Assembly: GCA_000004985.1 (NCBI GenBank)
Contig: GG738874.1
Origin: Naegleria gruberi
Lineage: Eukaryota
Reading direction: 5' to 3' (one strand)
Length of the DNA stretch: 64,000 bases
Below, one piece after another: positions 57,044 through 64,000 of this stretch. Under the pieces are notes generated by a model. The model was not told the origin of the DNA and did no database searches. It was given only the letters and a program-made list of their open reading frames with translations. Both the position numbers and the translations under genes were made by a program. Numbering within the stretch: the stretch's first letter is position 1; the number at the start of each line of letters is the position of its first letter.

Positions 57044-58015
57044 TTACAAGGATGGTTTGACGACTGGCTTTGATGGCTTCTTACATGTCTTTCTCTTTAA
57101 GCAAATCTTCTTCTTAATTGACTTGCAACACTTCTTCTTTCCACCCACTAATTTAAATTTCTTACAAATCTTCTTTCCCTTTGAACGTTTCAAACACTTC
57201 TTATAGTACTTCTTCTTGATACATCTTGGTGGAATGACAATAAACTTGGCACAATACTTCTTCTTTTGATATTTGACACATTTAGACAATGTCTTTCTAT
57301 GCTTACAGAACTTGATGGTCTTATGCTTGGCACAGAAGAATTTTTTCTTAATGAGACAACACTTCTTAACTGATTTTCTTTCCTTACAGTATTTAACCTT
57401 CTTATACTTGGCACATTTCTTTGCCCATGAAACAATCTTACACTTTTTAACATATCTACATTTGGAGACCTTCTTATTGTAGGAATCAACAGTGTACTTG
57501 TCACAGACCTTCTTCTTTTCACACTTCTTGATTGGAACCTTCTTGAATTTCTTACAGACCTTCTTATATCCCTTCTTGAAACACTTGTTGATAATCTTGT
57601 GCTTGGCACAGAATTTCTTGAAACCCTTCTTGATGCAAATCTTCTTAGTTCCATAAGAATCACAAACTTTCCAATACTTCTTCTTGGCACATCCAACAAT
57701 CTTGTATGCATGCAAGACACACTTCTTTGTTGGCTTGCTATACTTGTCACATTTGGAATATTTCTTATGTTTGAGACATTTACCAGCACCGACAATGGCG
57801 TATTGATCACAGACCTTCTTTTGACCAACGAGTTTGTGTTTCAAACACTTCTTAATCCACTTGTGCTTTAAGCATTTTCTCTTACAATGCTTTGGCTTGT
57901 GATACTTGTCAACTACAACGACTGGAGGTTTTGTTTGATAGCTGTCAGTTGCTTGAACTGAGAGGATTGCAAGCAAGAGAAGAAGTGCAATTGAAAAGAA
58001 AAGATTTGCTTTCAT
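57044..58015 (-). CDS. Secreted, extremely Lys/Cys-rich repetitive protein (323 aa) with a signal peptide
   Basis: ATG at 58015. Signal peptide MKANLFFSIALLLLLAILSVQA. The rest is roughly 35% Lys and 12% Cys, with repeated units such as KCLKHK, KFCAKHK and KKCxKYKK. Cys recurs every 7-12 residues. No acidic residues to speak of. The overlapping ORFs on both strands are low-complexity artefacts of the same repeats. Confidence 0.55.
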   Translation of the reverse strand: MKANLFFSIALLLLLAILSVQATDSYQTKPPVVVVDKYHKPKHCKRKCLKHKWIKKCLKHKLVGQKKVCDQYAIVGAGKCLKHKKYSKCDKYSKPTKKCVLHAYKIVGCAKKKYWKVCDSYGTKKICIKKGFKKFCAKHKIINKCFKKGYKKVCKKFKKVPIKKCEKKKVCDKYTVDSYNKKVSKCRYVKKCKIVSWAKKCAKYKKVKYCKERKSVKKCCLIKKKFFCAKHKTIKFCKHRKTLSKCVKYQKKKYCAKFIVIPPRCIKKKYYKKCLKRSKGKKICKKFKLVGGKKKCCKSIKKKICLKRKTCKKPSKPVVKPSL

Positions 58016-58353
58016 TTTTTGTTTTGTTGGACAGGATAGTTCAACAATGGTGCTAATTTAAACCATTTCGAATAGTTTTTCATTTGGAACAAACTCAAAA
58101 AGTTGGATGTAAGGTTCCAAATTTGGATAGAAAACTGATTCGATATACTACTATTCAAATATCAACTCATCTTTCCAAAACTATTCCTGGTTCTTGCATG
58201 ATTTACTTATAATCAATAGAAACCTCAAAGAACTGGTTCTTTCATGTTTTACAACCTTTCATTTTGTTAAGGTAAATTAGTAATTTGACTTGTGAAAGAT
58301 AGATGCATCTTGTCTTGGTACAGAACCACCGACAAGAATGACTCTTCCTGGAT

Positions 58354-58809
58354 ATGTTTGAAACAGAACAATTATTCACATCCCACACAATTTTATTAAG
58401 ACTTTTATTTGTGTTATTTTTAGATAATCACCAAAGTTCATCTAAAAAAAATACACACATGTTCGTCTCCATCAAACGAAAGAATACCCATTCACAAGAT
58501 CAAGCTGCACAACAATTTCAACTCGATGAAGGAGAACCCATTGTTTCCTTTGTCGAAGGTCCTGTTACTTTCACCTTGCAAGTAATTTTCCATCATCAAG
58601 ATGTGAATGCTAATCCTCTTCGGGATGCAACTGTCAGAATCACACAAAAAGGAAATACAAAGCAAAATACTGGACAAACTGAAATGTGTGAGGCTGTTGT
58701 TAATGTTTTGGATAGGAATGATCCGAATTTTTATGGAACAGTTTTAAAGGTGGGAAGTAGAACATTCTTGGCAAAGTGTTTCAGGTTGGATGAAGTAGAG
58801 GATTGGTAA
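58354..58809 (+). CDS. Hypothetical small protein (about 115-151 aa)
   Basis: An isolated ORF. The probable start is the internal ATG (MFVSIKRKN...). No recognisable domain. Weak call. Confidence 0.3.
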   Translation: MFETEQLFTSHTILLRLLFVLFLDNHQSSSKKNTHMFVSIKRKNTHSQDQAAQQFQLDEGEPIVSFVEGPVTFTLQVIFHHQDVNANPLRDATVRITQKGNTKQNTGQTEMCEAVVNVLDRNDPNFYGTVLKVGSRTFLAKCFRLDEVEDW

Positions 58810-58944
58810 GAAATTTAGTAGACTGTTTGGAATTTTGGAAATGAAGAGGAATTTAAAATTATCTGAATCTTATTGATTGGAATATTTATCATAATAACAA
58901 TTAACAAGACAGGATATTAGATTTGAAGATCTTAAACAACACAT

Positions 58945-61689
58945 TTAATGTTCCAGTGCAACAGACAACTTTTTGTCTCCCACCAAAACCAAATCTGTAC
59001 TAGGGGCCCCCTTTCTAATCTCGTCAAAATTGTTAAAATCAATCATTCCCAAAGCACCACATTTTTGTTGTTCCTTAAAAATCAATCGTTGTTCCCTTAA
59101 AATCTTTTGAGTATTATCCAATGCTCCAAATCGAATTGGCTTTGGAAGTGGTGCTCTCGCATCAACAACTGGTAAGGCATTATGAGGGATTCGTTTTGCA
59201 GGAAGAATAACCTTTACATTCTTATCTTTACCACTTGTCAGCATGACTGTTTTGTTTGTTTCATGTGAGTAAAACATTGTTGGAACATTTGCAGTCTTGA
59301 TTGAGGGATTGTCAGGGGCAACTAGCTCAGCATCAGAGGGTTTGTAAGATGACACATATGGAATTGCCTTCTTTGATTTTGAAAAATCATAATATCTCTT
59401 GGTGTCTCTGGATTTTGGTAACTTGATGTGATTGTCCATTTCCGTGGCAACACTTGAAAGTGTCTCTTCCTGAACATCTTTGTAAGGTATTGGAGAGCTT
59501 TCCAAATTCATCAACTCTGTATCATCGAAACTTATATCTGCTACAATTTCCTTCTTCTTCTCAGGTGATCTGAAAATCGATCTAGTAGGAGAAACAATTC
59601 TGTTGGATAAATATGACTTTCTTGAATAGGGCACAAGATTAATGGTTGGTGTGTATTTCAGATCAAATCTGTTGGATGAGGGCGAATCCTTATCTCCAAA
59701 GGTAACAAACAAGAATTGGCGAGGTTGATCATGATATTGCAAGTGCTCAGCCATATCTTGCTTTGGTTGAAATTTGGGTTTTTTCAGAAATTCGTATTTT
59801 GCTTCCCTTTCGGAATACATTTGATTATTTTCTGAGGGTTGATGAGCATGGGGAGCATCAGTCAGATGGTGTGAAACAATGAATAATCTTTCATTCTCTG
59901 AAAATGAAACAATAAAATCAAAAACAGGAAATGAAAGGTCCTGGCAATCATGTATAGTTATTCTCAAATGCTGATTGAGAACTGATTTAACAGTGCTTTC
60001 GTTTAGCCATGGTAAACATTCTACGCACGCAAAAATACAATCGTCAGAATGGTATTCTGGAACAATATAGCCTAGCTCATTAACCTACAAAATAGTTTCA
60101 ATACAAGTAATTAAGTAAATATACATACTGGTTGATTATATAATGTTACAAATAAATTAGAATTGAAAGTATCAATGTGGATATAGTGAGGGGAACGGAG
60201 TTGGGAAATACTAATGTTAAACCTAGATTTCAATAATTTATATTCTGATGTGGAATAATTTACAAGCCTCATCTGAAAAAGATTAATTAAACTATGTGAA
60301 ATGGTAAAAATACTTACTCTAAATACATAGAATAGTGGGTGGTGTGGATCGAGTTGAGAAATGTTAGTGTTTTTCAGAAAACCCAATTCACTTCTTTTCC
60401 TTTTTAGCATATCTTCATCAGGAGTTATGGATAGAGGAGGAAACTCTCTACTATTAGTATTCAGTCTATTATTCATGGATGATAAACTCTGAAATACGGA
60501 GGGTATTTGAGAGAGTGACATATCATGTGTTTGAGAATGGCCATTGTGACCATATCGTCTCATGTTTTCCTTATGTTTTTTGGAGACCTCCTTCTCGATT
60601 TGTTCTCTCGTTTTGATATCTATATTTACAACTTGATCAAATAAGCTTGGTTGTTTTGAGCACATGTCGGGCTTCTCAATAATTTTTGGCTCTGTCTTTC
60701 TTTTCGTAAGTTTGCTTCTTGGAGTCCCTGTTGCACTGCCAGGATCTTGAACAGGTGTCTTTGGAGAGGCAACTTCTGATCTATCAGTACTTGGAGGGTC
60801 AGAGGAGAGAGCTGCCAACTCTTCGTTTTTTTTCTCCCTCACATAGGCAAGATATTCTCCCAATGATAAATCATAGGGAAGATCAATTACTGACTCTGAC
60901 ATTTCTAGAACTGGAATTGTACGAGTCGATTTTTCTGGTGTCTTTTTTACACCTCTCAGAGCTGCAACAGGGGAAGGCAATAACAGACCAGCTCCAGATG
61001 TAATTTTAGGTTTGTACAACTTAGCCTTTCCAAACATTCTGAATCTGTAACCAACAGCAATTTGTTGCTCCTCCTCTTTCCTCAAATCCTTCTTTTGTTT
61101 TTCAGCCCTGACAAGATTTTTCTCAATCAGGACGAATCTAGTGTTACAATCATCCAAATGACTCAAATCTTTCCAAAATCTATGAATTGAAAATTATTTC
61201 AATTAAAATTAATTACCATTTTAAAGACACAACCTACCTGTGTCTCACCCTTAAGGGTATTGAGGATTTTGTCACCTCTCCTTGATTTTCACTATCCAAA
61301 TGCTCCTTAATAGCTTTAAGAGTAGTAGAAACTCCATCAACTTCATACTTTTTAGAAATGGATTGATGCTTCTCCTCTACTCCTCTCCACTGCCTGTCAA
61401 CTTCCCTAAAATTAATAGGCAACGAATGGTCATCATTTTTCAAATATTTTTTACTATTCTTTACAAATAATTCCAAACTTTCATCAGCACTCGCCTTAAC
61501 ATTCACTTGCTTATTTGTAGCACTCGCAGATCCTCTTCTTTTCTTTTTTTGTGATGACAAAATTGACCTCCTCTCCAATTCACTCCTCCTATTTTCACCT
61601 ATTGAATCCTCATCCAACTCACTCACATTTCCAATTATCCTCACTGTTGAAGTGGGAGAAGTAACCGTGGTCGGACTGATGGATTGCAT
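58945..61689 (-). CDS. Hypothetical protein, 3 exons: 61689..61238, 61180..60318, 60084..58945
   Basis: Introns 61181..61237 (gtaggt...ttcatag) and 60085..60317 (gtaagt...ttttgtag) join three minus-strand ORFs in frame (...RVRH|R|FWKDLSHLDDC... and ...LFYVFR|VNELGYIVPEY...). True ATG at 61689 (MQSISPT). The product is Ser/Lys-rich with a possible C2-like beta-sandwich segment. No confident family. Confidence 0.5.
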
Positions 61690-61800
61690 CCTTTTCTCTG
61701 CTACGGTACAATGAGTAGGAATATATTCGTTGTTCTTTCTAGTTGTTGTTGCTTATTTTTTTTAAAGTATTTTAAATTGTACCGTGCAGAGATGGCGGTT

Positions 61801-62032
61801 TTTTCAAGCATGATATCTTTGTTTTCTGTAGACAATAACATTGATAAAAACCGTTGACAGCAAGGTTTGAAAATTGGGACAATTGTGTTTCATGAGGTAT
61901 CGTAAATATTATTTGGAATGGTTGCACAAATTCACTCTTCTAAAGTTCCTTTGTATGGATTTCGGGATGTAATGTATTTCTTGCTGCAAACATTTTCCAA
62001 GTAGAAATAAACCATTTCTGATCCTCTCAATA
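61801..62032. repeat. Direct repeat copy A (about 230 bp), homologous to 63291..63437
   Basis: Shared blocks: ttttcaagcat(tt)gatatctttgttttctgtagaca.aacattg, then ...atttggaatg..., then ttccaagtagaaataaaccatttctgatcctctcaataacc versus ttccagtagaaatgaaccagttctgatctcctcttaacaatc. Copy B has an internal deletion of about 85 bp. Confidence 0.6.
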
Positions 62033-62037
62033 ACCAC

Positions 62038-62717
62038 ATGCTTCATATGCTACAAAGGGATAGTCTCGGCAATGAGAAGGAAGCATTTGCCTTGCTCACA
62101 TCACCTAAGAGCGAAGGAGGTCTAGGAATTGAAAGGGAACGATTAAATAGATTTGAGGGAAATTGGCAACTTATCCTATTCAACATTATTGAAAATTTAG
62201 AAATTGGTGGGGTAAGACTTAGCAAAGATTTTGATGGGAACAAAAGAAGAAAATGAGAGAGAGGTTAGTCCACCTACAGGAATTGTGAAAATCAAGTTAT
62301 GCTCGCTTGGCCTTGAGGGTGAAGATAACATGAATCGTTTCTCTGATGGAATTTATCATTGTTTGATAATGCCACATTACCCAAGAAGTTTGGCTCTTTT
62401 GGAAAAACTATTAACTCCAGAAATAATACTGAACGAGGGGAAGAACATTTATGGAGCCTCTTAAATTTATCCACAAAAAAGGAATGGTTCATATGGATGT
62501 AAAACCTGCTAATATATTTGTTAGTACTGAAGATGACTGGTTTTTAGGAGATTTTGGTTCTTGTGTCAAGATTGGAGAAGCAATGGTTGGTTATGATTTT
62601 TTCATGTTGGCTGTGAGCAAGATCAAAATCAGATTTTGCAAGATGAATTGCTGTTTGAAATTGTTTATTCAAAAGTTGTTAAACAAAGCCAATTTGGAAA
62701 AAATAGAAGAATTATAA
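62038..62717 (+). pseudogene. Protein-kinase-like fragments in at least two frames (subdomain V-VII motifs). Probably a decayed kinase gene, or a gene with unresolved splicing.
   Basis: YHCLIMPHYPRSLALLEKLL (subdomain V-like) sits in one frame. MVHMDVKPANIFV (HRDLKPxN-like) and LGDFGSC (DFG) sit in the next frame after a stop. There is no Gly-loop/VAIK region and no APE motif downstream. Confidence 0.35.
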
Positions 62718-63290
62718 AACCAATAATTGGATTAGTTCAGTTTCCGATAATTCTACTTTCCCTACATGCTGGGCAGTAAAACTTAGTAGAGTACTAATAC
62801 TTTGAATGTATGACATGAGTCTACGCTTGTACTCCTCATGAAATTACTCAGTTAATATTTGAAATAAGCACTCTGATGCTCATATGGTTGTATGACATAC
62901 ATCTATCTGTAACAAGTACTTCTGGCAAGAAGACAACTTATTAATAAGGCTCCACAATTGGTCACTGTATAAAATCATCCAAATCTATGGATATGATGAT
63001 AATTCTAAATGAATATATTTTTAAAAATACATAAATGTACATCTTCTAATGAATCATTAATGCAAATCCAATAGTAAATAAATAATTCAATAAATTATTA
63101 ATATTAATAGCATTAATAATAAATAAATATTATTCGGAACGATATTTCCTAAAATTTTCATCCTCAAACAACTTCAACTTAAATTTCCGATTATTAATAG
63201 GCCAATAATTCACCAATTTAATCCAACTACAATTCAAATACTTTTGTTGTGATGATATTGCGACAGAATAGTATTTTTTTAAGTGTTGTT

Positions 63291-63437
63291 ATCTTTTCAA
63301 GCATTTTGATATCTTTGTTTTCTGTAGACACAAACATTGCAATATCATTTGGAATGTCTTTGGATTTCAGAACAGATTTATATTCCTTGATGGTAACATG
63401 TATTTCCAGTAGAAATGAACCAGTTCTGATCTCCTCT
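63291..63437. repeat. Direct repeat copy B (about 150 bp), homologous to 61801..62032
   Basis: See copy A. Same orientation, about 1.5 kb apart. The two copies bracket the kinase-like fragments. Confidence 0.6.
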
Positions 63438-63789
63438 TAACAATCTTGCAGCCATAATGGTGTTGACCAATCACTTTTTTTCATGGACGTTAATCAATCA
63501 CTTCTTTTTCCAAATTTTCCAATGACAGGCAATCATTTAATGACAAGTGCTTGCTTTTACAACTTGTTATTTTTTCATCAGCTTTGAAAGCTCTCGCAGT
63601 ATGTTGTTGTTCCTTTCCACATCACACAAAAATCAATTTTCACAAACAAAAAATATCAGTCTCGCATAACGGACGTGTCTTTGTTAGCGGATCAGATTTA
63701 AATTTTAAATAATATATCCATTATTTACATCATCATCAACAACAACAAGGAGTTTACTCACATTATAACAAAATATATTTTCTGTAAAA

Positions 63790-64000
63790 ATGTCCCAATT
63801 ATCTACTGATGAAACTCTTCGTATTGTTAGACATTTCCTCTTGAGTTCTCCACCTGGACAATTCGAGGATGTTCTCTTTGATATCAGAGATCTTGTTTCC
63901 AATGATCAACTCTTGAACACTGGTGCTTTTGATATCTTCCGTACTTACAATGTTGAACAATTAATTCCTGTTGAAGTACCAGAAAAAAGCTACAAGGTTA
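63790..64000 (+). CDS. F-actin capping protein alpha subunit (CapZ alpha), 5' part; the gene continues past the window end
   Basis: ATG at 63790. MSQLSTDETLRIVRHFLLSSPPGQFEDVLFDIRDLVSNDQLLNTGAFDIFRTYNVEQLIPVEVP aligns with the CAPZA N-terminus ([34 protein letters not shown]...AFAQYNMDQFTPVKIE). The codon usage is GC3-biased relative to its neighbours, which is typical of a highly expressed gene. The ORF track did not list it because it runs off the end. Confidence 0.8.
   Translation, partial: MSQLSTDETLRIVRHFLLSSPPGQFEDVLFDIRDLVSNDQLLNTGAFDIFRTYNVEQLIPVEVPEKSYKV

Noticed and set aside
57190-57871. Alternative-frame ORFs on both strands within the K/C-rich gene
   Set aside because: They are products of the simple repeat structure. 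Only the frame with a signal peptide and a true ATG/stop (57044..58015, minus) is coherent.
1-64000. CRISPR arrays, prokaryotic operons, insertion sequences
   Set aside because: The window is eukaryotic (spliceosomal introns, eukaryotic tRNAs with long-arm Ser, cytoskeletal and chromatin genes). I saw no repeat-spacer arrays or transposase ORFs.

Overview
This is a gene-dense, AT-rich eukaryotic window read with the standard genetic code. It contains about 32 protein-coding genes, 4 tRNA genes and very short intergenic spacers. I found many short canonical GT-AG introns of roughly 38-230 bp by hand-translating across in-frame stops. The ORF track often begins ORFs at TTG, so its 'M' starts are unreliable, and I re-derived ATGs where I could. 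The main features are listed below.
- Two paralogous receptor-type PAS adenylate/guanylate cyclases sit about 38 kb apart. Copy 1 (5-5110) has two introns; copy 2 (42291-47802) is continuous at the same positions.
- A circularly permuted Ras-like GTPase with motif order G3-G4-G5-G1-G2 is fused in frame to a zinc-finger + VWA + RING region (13045-9974, minus strand). This matches the published cpRAS-VWA family, with a C-terminal RING as well.
- Other confident calls: a P5B-type ATPase, a MATE transporter, an NUBPL/Ind1-like Fe-S ATPase, aldehyde dehydrogenase, a beta-lactamase-fold serine hydrolase, a Rho/Rac GTPase, dynactin p50, a GH15 glucoamylase-like hydrolase, an MBL-fold hydrolase, an SDR, a Nudix hydrolase, an LRR protein, a JmjN/JmjC demethylase and a partial F-actin capping protein alpha at the window edge.
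- tRNAs: Val(AAC), Ser(AGA), Ser(TGA) and Glu(TTC).
- Several lineage-specific secreted cysteine-rich proteins, including an extreme Lys/Cys-rich repetitive one.
- Unusual points: three convergent gene pairs whose stop codons are only 1-5 nt apart; a 52-bp bidirectional promoter; a possible 1-nt micro-exon or nested intron in the cpRAS gene; a probable frameshift in the N-terminus of cyclase 2; and a decayed protein-kinase-like region flanked by direct repeats.
The gene content (many PAS cyclases, cpRAS-VWA, DUF4116 repeats) and base composition suggest a heterolobosean amoeba such as Naegleria. That is an inference, not a verified identification.
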